Below, one piece after another: positions 9,228 to 17,197 of a DNA stretch of 42,312 nucleotides. Source of the stretch: an uncultured archaeon. Lineage in GTDB: Archaea > Thermoplasmatota > Poseidoniia > MGIII > CG-Epi1. Where the stretch lies: assembly GCA_964651915.1 (NCBI GenBank), contig CAZYZI010000003.1:1-42312 (forward strand), in the 5' to 3' direction. The position numbers and the translations under genes are program-made. Under the pieces are notes generated by a model. The model made no database searches and was not told the origin of the DNA. It saw only the letters and a program-made list of their open reading frames with translations. Numbering within the stretch: the stretch's first letter is position 1; each line of letters begins with the position of its first letter.

Positions 9228-10829
9228 CTAATCTGCGTATATCAATGCAAGTATTGAAAATACGTTGATTGCCCATAGAGGGATTGATATCTGATCAGCT
9301 TTTCCTACAAATATTTTTATTGCAGTCCATGAGAGGAAACCCCAGATTATTCCTTGTGTAATGGAATAAGTGAAAGGAATCAACATCATAGCCATAAATG
9401 CAGGGAATGCAGTCTCGAAATCATTCCAGTCTATCTTTGCTATTGGTTTACACATAAACAAACCAATAAGCACCAGTATTGGTGCTGAAGCAGCCAATGG
9501 TACCATTTGTATCATTGGAGCTAAGAACAAGAATGGAATGAATAGAACTCCTGCAAAAGCAGCAGTTAAACCACTTCTTCCACCAGCCTCGATACCTGCG
9601 GCAGATTCAATATAACTGGTTCCAGAACTTGAACCAAATAAACCAGCAATAGCTGTAGAACCACCATCAACAATCAATGATTCTTTGATGTTACGTGGGT
9701 CTCCATTTTCATCGTTCAAACCACCGACTTCAGAAACTCCTACAAATGTAGAGATACTGTCAAACATATCAGTGAACAAGAAAGCAAACATTGCAGGTAA
9801 GACTGCAAATTTTAGAGATTCTACTAGAGGCATTCCAAGAGTTGTTTCTGCACCATTATAACCTTCTGTCCAAGTGTTTCCTTCAACGGCCAAACAAGCT
9901 TCTTCAGTTGCAAGGGCAGCATCACTACAAGCCCAACTCATTGCTGGAACTACCTGTTCTGAGAAGATTGCAGCTACGAGTGTAAAGTCAGGACTTTCAA
10001 ACATATTCTCTGGGACGGCTACCATCTCAGCACCACCTAGTACTCTTCCATACATGAAAGCGTAAGCAGTGGTTGCCAATATTCCAATGCTTAGTGCACC
10101 AGGTACTTTCCTACCAATTAATGCACCAGTAAACATTAGACCAAATATGAAAACCATCATTGGTTGATTATATCCTAGTAATCTGTCAACTAAAGAACCA
10201 TCATCAGGGAACATATTACCTAACGCTAATATAGTTGAGAATGGATCCTTTCCAACAACAAAACTAGCATGGTCTGCAAATCCTAGAAGTGCTAAGAATA
10301 AACCAATTCCTATAGCTACACCATACCTTAACTGGGTTGGAATAGCTTTTACAATTTCAGTACGTATGTTGAAGACTGAGAGTAAGATAAATATAACTCC
10401 AGACCAAAATACGGCACCTAATGCAATGTAAGGATGAACATTCATGCCCCAAGGAGCAGTTACTGTGTAGGTAAAGAAAGCATTAAGCCCCATACCCGGC
10501 GCCAGAACTATTGGATTTTTCGCATAAACACCCATTGCAATACTACTAAATGCACTAACAAAAACAGTTGCAGTAACAAGTGAGTTACCAGCATCTGTAA
10601 TGCCGTGGTATGCAAATCCTTCTCCTAAAATAGCTGGATTAACAAATATGATATATGCAGTTGCTAAGAAGGACGTTAATCCTGCCATCAACTCAGTATT
10701 CATATCGGTTTTATTTCCAGTCAAATCAAACATGTCTTCTAGCATATCATCACCACCGCCAGCAGCTGGCGCCGGTTCTGGTTCACTAGGCATGTCATCG
10801 CTACCATTTTCTGTGTCGTCGTCACTCAT
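9228..10829 (-). CDS. NCS2/AzgA-family purine (guanine/hypoxanthine/adenine) permease
   Basis: TELMAGLTSFLATAYIIFVNPAIL, LAPGMGLNAFFTY, TDMFDS, SYIESAAGIEAGGRSGLTA; adjacent to apt and hpt. Confidence 0.93.
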   Translation of the reverse strand: MSDDDTENGSDDMPSEPEPAPAAGGGDDMLEDMFDLTGNKTDMNTELMAGLTSFLATAYIIFVNPAILGEGFAYHGITDAGNSLVTATVFVSAFSSIAMGVYAKNPIVLAPGMGLNAFFTYTVTAPWGMNVHPYIALGAVFWSGVIFILLSVFNIRTEIVKAIPTQLRYGVAIGIGLFLALLGFADHASFVVGKDPFSTILALGNMFPDDGSLVDRLLGYNQPMMVFIFGLMFTGALIGRKVPGALSIGILATTAYAFMYGRVLGGAEMVAVPENMFESPDFTLVAAIFSEQVVPAMSWACSDAALATEEACLAVEGNTWTEGYNGAETTLGMPLVESLKFAVLPAMFAFLFTDMFDSISTFVGVSEVGGLNDENGDPRNIKESLIVDGGSTAIAGLFGSSSGTSYIESAAGIEAGGRSGLTAAFAGVLFIPFLFLAPMIQMVPLAASAPILVLIGLFMCKPIAKIDWNDFETAFPAFMAMMLIPFTYSITQGIIWGFLSWTAIKIFVGKADQISIPLWAINVFSILALIYAD

Positions 10830-10916
10830 GGTTATAACACCTAAACATGTTTACATGAGAATCGTTTATTAAGTGTATCGGACCTTTTAAGAAGGTTTTT
10901 TCTTTGCTTTTATCAT

Positions 10917-11765
10917 CTATAAACTACGTTTTTTGTAATCAGATTGGTTGTAAACTTTAATCTGGTTATTTTCCGCCCATTCTTTCCACATTCTATAGTC
11001 TGTTTTTTTCATTCCTTTTTTATGAAAATATATTCCTTCAGCTCCACTAAATTTAATCGCTTTTTCTATTAGTTCTGAAGTTAGTACATTAACTCCATAA
11101 TTTGCAACCATATGTCCAAAACATACTTCATGTGAAAATGCAGCTTCAGTAAATCTTGGAGTATAATGTCCACCACCAATTCCAATTACATTAATTCCCT
11201 TTGCGGGTTCTAAATCTAACAAAGAACTGATGAGAGCTTTTGCAGGCTCATGTTTTTCCCATTCAGCCTCACTTGATCCAATTTCAAGAAACATAGTTGG
11301 TGTTTCTAGTAAAGGACCATGATGTGTAGCTTCGAAGCACACATCATATCCCGATATTCGATTTTCTTTTATTTTCAATAAAAGGCCAGTCATCCATTCA
11401 GGTGCAGCCCCTGAAATCTCTGCTTTTTTTCCACCATATTCAGCCTCACCCCAGTTACCAATTGGGTGTACGGTAAGACTTGGCCTTCCACTAGCAGCTT
11501 TGTGCCTTGATAAAAATACGATATTATCTATTTCTTTTCCATTTTGTTCTTTCCATAATATGTCTATTCCTTCGGCATAAATGTGAAGTTTCTCAATAGT
11601 TATTAATTGCGTTCCTTTTTTACAAAAAGTCCCATAATCCTTTGTAAGAGTCCACATCTTTTTTCCATCAAATGTTCCATTTTCTTCCCATTCAGACATT
11701 TCAAGCAGTCTGTCTCTCAAGTTAATTGATGCACTATCTGCTTCAGAGGAGATTATTAAGTTCAT
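10917..11765 (-). CDS. dtdA: D-aminoacyl-tRNA deacylase (archaeal DTD2)
   Basis: [41 protein letters not shown]. Confidence 0.93.
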   Translation of the reverse strand: MNLIISSEADSASINLRDRLLEMSEWEENGTFDGKKMWTLTKDYGTFCKKGTQLITIEKLHIYAEGIDILWKEQNGKEIDNIVFLSRHKAASGRPSLTVHPIGNWGEAEYGGKKAEISGAAPEWMTGLLLKIKENRISGYDVCFEATHHGPLLETPTMFLEIGSSEAEWEKHEPAKALISSLLDLEPAKGINVIGIGGGHYTPRFTEAAFSHEVCFGHMVANYGVNVLTSELIEKAIKFSGAEGIYFHKKGMKKTDYRMWKEWAENNQIKVYNQSDYKKRSL

Positions 11766-13420
11766 AAACCTTCGACAATACCTACGTGTAGGTTACGTTC
11801 TTTAGCTATTTTCTTTGCTTTTTCATATCCTGCATCAACATGTCTCATTACTCCCGTTCCAGGATCTGTAGTCAATACTCTTTGTAGCCTTTTGTCTGCT
11901 TCTTTTGTACCATCTGCAACAATTACCATGCCTGCATGAAGTGAGTATCCTATGCCAACTCCACCACCATGATGGAAACTAACCCATGTAGCTCCAGCAG
12001 CTGTATTCAATAGTGCATTAAGTATTGGCCAATCAGCAACTGCATCAGTTCCGTCTTTCATTCCTTCAGTTTCTCTGTTTGGTGAAGCAACAGAGCCAGC
12101 GTCTAAGTGATCTCTTCCAATAACAATTGGTGCACTTACTTTCCCACTTCTCACTAATTCATTAAATGCTAATCCAGCTTTTGCTCTTTCTCCGTAACCC
12201 AACCAGCATATCCTTGCAGGTAATCCTTGAAATTCAACTCTTTTTTGTGCCATTTTAATCCACTTGTGGAGTGCCTTATCTTCAGGAAATAAATCTAGAA
12301 TAATTTTATCAGTTTCGTATATGTCATTTGGATCTCCAGATAATGCAGCCCATCTGAAGGGTCCTTTTCCCTCACAAAATAAGGGTCTGACATAAGCCGG
12401 TACAAATCCGGGAAAATCAAATGCATTTTCAACTCCAGCTTCTTTCGCCATAGCTCTTAAATTATTTCCATAATCAAAAGTAACAGCCCCCATTTCCATT
12501 AATTTGAGCATGTAACGAATATGCGTTGCCATACTGCTGTAACTACGTTCAAGATATCCTTTCTTATCTTGATTTCTCATTTCTTCAGCTTCATCTAATG
12601 TTAGCCCATGAGGGATATATCCAATTAGTGGATCATGTGCTGAAGTTTGGTCTGTTAATAAATCAGGAACAATATTTCTTTCTATTAATCGTTCAAGTAA
12701 ATCTCCAATATTTGCTATTACGGCAATTGATTTTGCTACTTTATCTTTTTTCCATTTAAGAGCTATATCTATTGCTTCATCTATATCCTCAGAAACTTCA
12801 TCACAGTATCGAGTCTCTAATCTTTTTTTGACTCTTTTAGGATCAATTTCAGCAGCTAAGAATGTTCCTCCATTCATTGTTGCAGCTAATGGTTGGGCAC
12901 CTCCCATCCCCCCTAATCCTCCAGTTACAACTAGTCGGCCATCAAGACTTCCGTCAAAATGCTGTCTTGCAGCTTCAGCAAATGTTTCAAAGGTACCCTG
13001 TAATATCCCTTGAGATCCAATATATATCCAAGATCCAGCAGTCATTTGGCCATACATCATTAGACCTTTCTTTTCTAATTCATCAAAATGTTCCCAATTT
13101 GCCCAATTTCCTACTAGATTTGAATTTGCGATAATTACTCTCGGTGCATCTTCATGTGTTTTGAATACTCCCACAGGTTTTCCACTTTGAACGAGTAATG
13201 TTTCGTTTCCTTCTAACTTTTTTAATGTTTTAATTATTGCATTATAACATTCCTGATTTCTTGCAGCCTTTCCTCTTCCGCCATACACTATTAATTCTTC
13301 AGGTATTTCAGCTACACTTGGATCTAAATTATTCATTAGCATTCTGAGTGCAGCTTCTTGCAACCAGCCTTTGCAACTTATTTTATTTCCATGTGGCGCT
13401 TTCACCATATTCAATGACAA
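11762..13420 (-). CDS. hutU: Urocanate hydratase (start may be ATG 13408)
   Basis: [71 protein letters not shown]. Confidence 0.97.
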   Translation of the reverse strand: MSLNMVKAPHGNKISCKGWLQEAALRMLMNNLDPSVAEIPEELIVYGGRGKAARNQECYNAIIKTLKKLEGNETLLVQSGKPVGVFKTHEDAPRVIIANSNLVGNWANWEHFDELEKKGLMMYGQMTAGSWIYIGSQGILQGTFETFAEAARQHFDGSLDGRLVVTGGLGGMGGAQPLAATMNGGTFLAAEIDPKRVKKRLETRYCDEVSEDIDEAIDIALKWKKDKVAKSIAVIANIGDLLERLIERNIVPDLLTDQTSAHDPLIGYIPHGLTLDEAEEMRNQDKKGYLERSYSSMATHIRYMLKLMEMGAVTFDYGNNLRAMAKEAGVENAFDFPGFVPAYVRPLFCEGKGPFRWAALSGDPNDIYETDKIILDLFPEDKALHKWIKMAQKRVEFQGLPARICWLGYGERAKAGLAFNELVRSGKVSAPIVIGRDHLDAGSVASPNRETEGMKDGTDAVADWPILNALLNTAAGATWVSFHHGGGVGIGYSLHAGMVIVADGTKEADKRLQRVLTTDPGTGVMRHVDAGYEKAKKIAKERNLHVGIVEGL

Positions 13421-13456
13421 TTCAAGAGCTCTGATTTAAACATATTTCCATTAATC

Positions 13457-13464
13457 TTTTAAAA
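13457..13464 (+). promoter_or_regulatory. Candidate TATA box for the GC-rich hairpin RNA
   Basis: TTTTAAAA ending 22 nt before hairpin start 13486. The motif is palindromic, so it could instead serve hutU. Confidence 0.4.
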
Positions 13465-13485
13465 GAGGCGATTATTAGCATATAA

Positions 13486-13552
13486 GCTGCTCCCGGCGGG
13501 CCCCCTCCCACCTCCCAACCTGTCGGTTGAGCGGCAACATTTTTTGTGGGGG
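13486..13552 (+). ncRNA. Candidate small structured RNA / leader with a CU-rich (anti-SD-like) loop
   Basis: 38/50 GC in 13486-13535; stems GCTGCTC/GAGCGGC and CCGGCGGG/CCTGTCGG with three G-U pairs valid only on +; loop CCCCCTCCCACCTCCCAA; T6 run at 13540-13545. Confidence 0.6.
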
Positions 13553-13586
13553 AAAAACAATTATAACGTTAATAATTAGTAAGTTT

Positions 13587-13742
13587 ATGAATAAAAGTAT
13601 AATCAAATCTAAAAATTACACAAATTTTATCCAGTGTATTTGTGGTTTTCAAGGTTTGTCTATAGAAACGAGACAGCATAGAGAATGCCCACAGTGTCAT
13701 ACCGTTGTAGAGGCTTGTTGTGAAGGCAACAGCTGTACTTAA
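13587..13742 (+). CDS. Small Cys-rich zinc-finger-like protein (51 aa)
   Basis: CxCG-x10-H-x2-CPQC-x6-CCEG..C, 7 Cys in 35 aa; start placed at ATG 13587; stop overlaps the sdhB stop convergently. Confidence 0.6.
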   Translation: MNKSIIKSKNYTNFIQCICGFQGLSIETRQHRECPQCHTVVEACCEGNSCT

Positions 13743-14476
13743 TTTGTTTTTCCAATTATTCTATTCCAAATCCATTTTAGTGGGTCATAATATTCATCGA
13801 CAACTCTTTCTTTCATAGGTATAATCGCATTATCAGTTATACCTATATGTTCAGGGCATACAAATGTACAACATTTTGTTATATTACAAAGTCCAATACC
13901 ATGTTCACTACGTATACTCTCTAAACGGTTGCCTTGATCAAGCGGGTGCATTTCCAATCCGGCGTTTCTAATCATAAATCTAGGTCCTGCAAACTCTTGT
14001 TTCATATCATGAGATCTTAAAACATGGCAAACATCTTGACAAAGGAAACATTCTATGCATTTTCTGAATTCTTGAACTCTATCTACTTCTTTCTGAAACA
14101 TTATAGGATCATCATCTGTTTCAGTGTGTTGGTAAGGTTGAATTCGCTTGTTTACTTCATAATTCCACGATACATCAGTTACTAAATCCTTAATCAAAGG
14201 AAATGTTTTCATGGGTTGAACAGTTAGCGTTTCGTCTTCAGGATAATCAGATAATCGAGTCATACATGTTAATTTAGGTTCTCCATTAATTTCAGCTGAA
14301 CAAGACCCACATTTTCCTGCTTTACAATTCCATCTAACAGCTAAGTCAGGAGCCTCAGTAGCTTGGATTCTATGTATTGCATCCAAAACTACCATACCCG
14401 TTTCTACCTCTACTTCAAACTCTTCTAATTTCAGGTTTTTAGGTGTTCCTCTCTGTACTCTAATTTTTCTTTTCAT
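13739..14476 (-). CDS. sdhB: Succinate dehydrogenase/fumarate reductase Fe-S subunit (Sdh1-type)
   Basis: RWNCKAGKCGSC, CIECFLCQDVC, CNITKCCTFVCP, ITDNAIIP. Confidence 0.93.
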   Translation of the reverse strand: MKRKIRVQRGTPKNLKLEEFEVEVETGMVVLDAIHRIQATEAPDLAVRWNCKAGKCGSCSAEINGEPKLTCMTRLSDYPEDETLTVQPMKTFPLIKDLVTDVSWNYEVNKRIQPYQHTETDDDPIMFQKEVDRVQEFRKCIECFLCQDVCHVLRSHDMKQEFAGPRFMIRNAGLEMHPLDQGNRLESIRSEHGIGLCNITKCCTFVCPEHIGITDNAIIPMKERVVDEYYDPLKWIWNRIIGKTN

Positions 14477-16272
14477 ACAGCCTCCTGCAAAACATACTCT
14501 TTCAAATCTGAAGGCATTTTAGCTAAAGGTGCCCTTACTACAGACATACCTTCTGGACTAGGTCTTATAATCATATTTATTTTCCCTAAGTCTTTATCAT
14601 ATTCCGGATAATCTAATCGAGTGTGCGCACCTCTACTTTCAGTTCTTTCCAAGGCAGCTTTTGCCAATGCTAAAGAAGTAATTATCATATTATTTAAATC
14701 AAGACAGAGATGCCACCCGGGGTTATAATTTCTATCTCCTTTTGCATGCAAATCAGGCAATCTTTTCTTCAAACCTTCCAATTTCTTTATTCCCTCTTCT
14801 AGTTCCTTCCCAGTTCTAACAATACCAACATTTGCTTCCATTATTTCTTGAAGTTCTTCGTGTATTTGGTATGGATTTTCTGTTCCCTGCTCAAATGGCT
14901 TTAGTGTGTCTTCTATGCTTTTGTTTATTATTTCACCATGAGGTGATACGTAAGTATTAGTTTGTGCAAAATTAGATGCACTCTGTCCTGCAATTTTCCC
15001 AAATACTAGCAAGTCAGACAGGGAATTTCCCCCTAATCGATTTGCCCCATGCATTCCTGCAGCTGCTTCACCAGCAGCATAAAGTCCAGGTATTGTTGAA
15101 GAAGCAGTCCCTGCTTCCACTTTTATTCCTCCCATCATGTAATGTGTAGTTGGTCCAACTTCCATACGCTCTTTAGTTATATCTAAAGTAGCTAGTTCTT
15201 TGAATTGATGATACATAGAAGGTAGTTTGCGTTTTATGTAGTCAGCTTCTCTTCTAGATGCAATATCTAGGAATGCCCCACCATGCGGAGACCCTCTTCC
15301 TTCCTTGACTTCAGTCATTATCGCTCTTGCAACAACATCTCTAGTCAGTAATTCAGGAGGCCTCATCGCTCCTTCTTCACCTCTCAACCAAGCATCAGCT
15401 TCTTCTTCTGATTTGGCAGTTTCAGCCGCAAATACTTCCGGAATATAATCAAACATGAATCTTTTCCCTTCGCTATTAACTAAAATTCCACCTTCACCTC
15501 TAACTCCTTCGGTTACTAATGTTCCTTTGACGCTAGGTGGCCAGACCATTCCAGTTGGATGAAACTGAACAAATTCCATATCAATTAAATCAGCTCCAGC
15601 TAAATGTGCTAAGGCATGCCCATCACCAGTGTACTCCCACGAATTGGATGTAACTCTGTATGCTTTCCCAATACCTCCAGTAGCAAGAACAATAGCTCCA
15701 GCTTCAAATACTTTCAATTTTCCAGAAGAACGATTGTATGCTAAAACCCCAGAAACGGTTTTATCTGATTTTAGTAAAGTTGTTACCGTATATTCCATGA
15801 ATACTTCAATATTTTCTTTATGGACTGTATGATCCTGTAATGCTCTAATAATTTCTAATCCAGTCCGATCACCAACATGTGCTAATCTAGGATATCTATG
15901 TCCTCCAAAATTTCGTTGGCTAATTTTCCCTTCTTCAGTTCTATCAAAGACAGCTCCCCAACGCTCTAATTCTCTAACTCTTTCTGGTGCTTTTTCAGCA
16001 TGTATTTTTGCCATTTCCCAATTTGCCAGATTCTTACTGCCTCTAATGGTGTCACGAAAATGAACTTTCCAATTATCTCTTTTATCAACGTTGCCAAGTG
16101 CGGCTGCAACACCACCCTCAGCCATAACAGTGTGAGCTTTTCCTAATAGTGATTTCGTTACAAGAGCTACTTTTGAACCATAATCGGCAGCTGCAATTGC
16201 AGCTCGTAGTCCAGCACCACCAGCACCTACAACAACGACATCAAATTTTTCAGTTTTAAATTTATCAATCAA
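14473..16272 (-). CDS. sdhA: Succinate dehydrogenase/fumarate reductase flavoprotein subunit (Sdh1-type)
   Basis: GAGGAG, KAHTVMAEGG (covalent-FAD His), QFHPTG, TEGVRGEGG, HYMMGG, HGANRLGGNSL, ESRGAH; probable TTG start at 16272 overlapping the upstream stop. Confidence 0.94.
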   Translation of the reverse strand: MIDKFKTEKFDVVVVGAGGAGLRAAIAAADYGSKVALVTKSLLGKAHTVMAEGGVAAALGNVDKRDNWKVHFRDTIRGSKNLANWEMAKIHAEKAPERVRELERWGAVFDRTEEGKISQRNFGGHRYPRLAHVGDRTGLEIIRALQDHTVHKENIEVFMEYTVTTLLKSDKTVSGVLAYNRSSGKLKVFEAGAIVLATGGIGKAYRVTSNSWEYTGDGHALAHLAGADLIDMEFVQFHPTGMVWPPSVKGTLVTEGVRGEGGILVNSEGKRFMFDYIPEVFAAETAKSEEEADAWLRGEEGAMRPPELLTRDVVARAIMTEVKEGRGSPHGGAFLDIASRREADYIKRKLPSMYHQFKELATLDITKERMEVGPTTHYMMGGIKVEAGTASSTIPGLYAAGEAAAGMHGANRLGGNSLSDLLVFGKIAGQSASNFAQTNTYVSPHGEIINKSIEDTLKPFEQGTENPYQIHEELQEIMEANVGIVRTGKELEEGIKKLEGLKKRLPDLHAKGDRNYNPGWHLCLDLNNMIITSLALAKAALERTESRGAHTRLDYPEYDKDLGKINMIIRPSPEGMSVVRAPLAKMPSDLKEYVLQEAV

Positions 16273-17117
16273 AACATCCACACCCTGTCTAATCCCCATT
16301 CAATGCAGCAGAATCTAATATAGAAATCAGTGAAACAAACCCAGAAGAGTGAAAACCATGCCCATTTCATATGTTGTTTGTTAAGACAACTTACACAATC
16401 AAATGCTTTTTGCTGAACTTTTGGTTTTTTTACTATTCTGTCAGCATATCCTCCAATTAAATGTCGCAAAGAATGGCAACCAAATGTGTACCCGCCAAGT
16501 AAAATTACGTTTAACACCATGACAAAGCTACCTATTCCTATTCCAAAATCACCTTTGAATGGTTTTCCATTGTACCACATAGAAAGCCAAGCATCATATC
16601 CTAATATGAAGATAAAAATTATTGCAAGATATAACATATACCGATGAAGATTTTGTAATATCAAAGGCATTGTGTTTTCACCCCAATAACCGGTCCTTGG
16701 TTCTCCAACAGAACAGGCAGGGGGATCTGCCCAGAATGCTTTGTAATAACTTCCTCTGTAGTAGTAGCATGTTACACGGAATCCTGCGGGAATCCAAAGA
16801 ATAAGAAATGCAGGTGAAAATGGTAACCAGTCAGGCCACAGAGGGGGTCTCTCTCCAAAAATTGCATGTTCAGTTACACCAAAAATTTCAGGTGAATATA
16901 ATGGTGAGAGATAACTTGCTCCGTTTTCACCGTCGTAAAAATAATTATTTCCCTGAAAAGCAGCCCATGTCATGTAAATTACAGCAGTACTTAGACTTAG
17001 AAAAACTACTAAAGGTTGTAGCCACCAATTATCAGTTCTAGCCGTTGGAAAAATACCCTTATCACCTGGTATATCACAGGCTTTTTCACCATCGAATTCA
17101 ACATCAACAGGAGGCAT
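16269..17117 (-). CDS. Single membrane-anchor subunit of Sdh1-type succinate dehydrogenase (Rv0249c-like)
   Basis: RTDNWW, YLSPLYSP, GFRVTCYYYR..YY.AF..DPPAC.V.EP, QNLHRY, GCHSLRH, LN..H..WAW; multiple TM helices; first gene of the sdh operon. Confidence 0.85.
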   Translation of the reverse strand: MPPVDVEFDGEKACDIPGDKGIFPTARTDNWWLQPLVVFLSLSTAVIYMTWAAFQGNNYFYDGENGASYLSPLYSPEIFGVTEHAIFGERPPLWPDWLPFSPAFLILWIPAGFRVTCYYYRGSYYKAFWADPPACSVGEPRTGYWGENTMPLILQNLHRYMLYLAIIFIFILGYDAWLSMWYNGKPFKGDFGIGIGSFVMVLNVILLGGYTFGCHSLRHLIGGYADRIVKKPKVQQKAFDCVSCLNKQHMKWAWFSLFWVCFTDFYIRFCCIEWGLDRVWMF

Positions 17118-17197
17118 CAATATCCAATTGAAGAAGGTGATTTATACAATTTGGTTAAGCCACCAACTTTTTTAGGAGGCATAAGCATTGTGATGTG

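Noticed and set aside
13486-13552. GC-rich element as tRNA, tRNA half, C/D or H/ACA guide, or CRISPR repeat
   Set aside because: No T-loop GTTC, no cloverleaf, no C/D boxes, single copy. An ACA follows the stem (13537-13539) but I see no pseudouridylation pocket or K-turn, so H/ACA is unsupported
13527-13586. Longer 71-aa version of the Cys-rich ORF from TTG 13527
   Set aside because: The start lies inside the hairpin stem and crosses the T-run; ATG 13587 is more plausible
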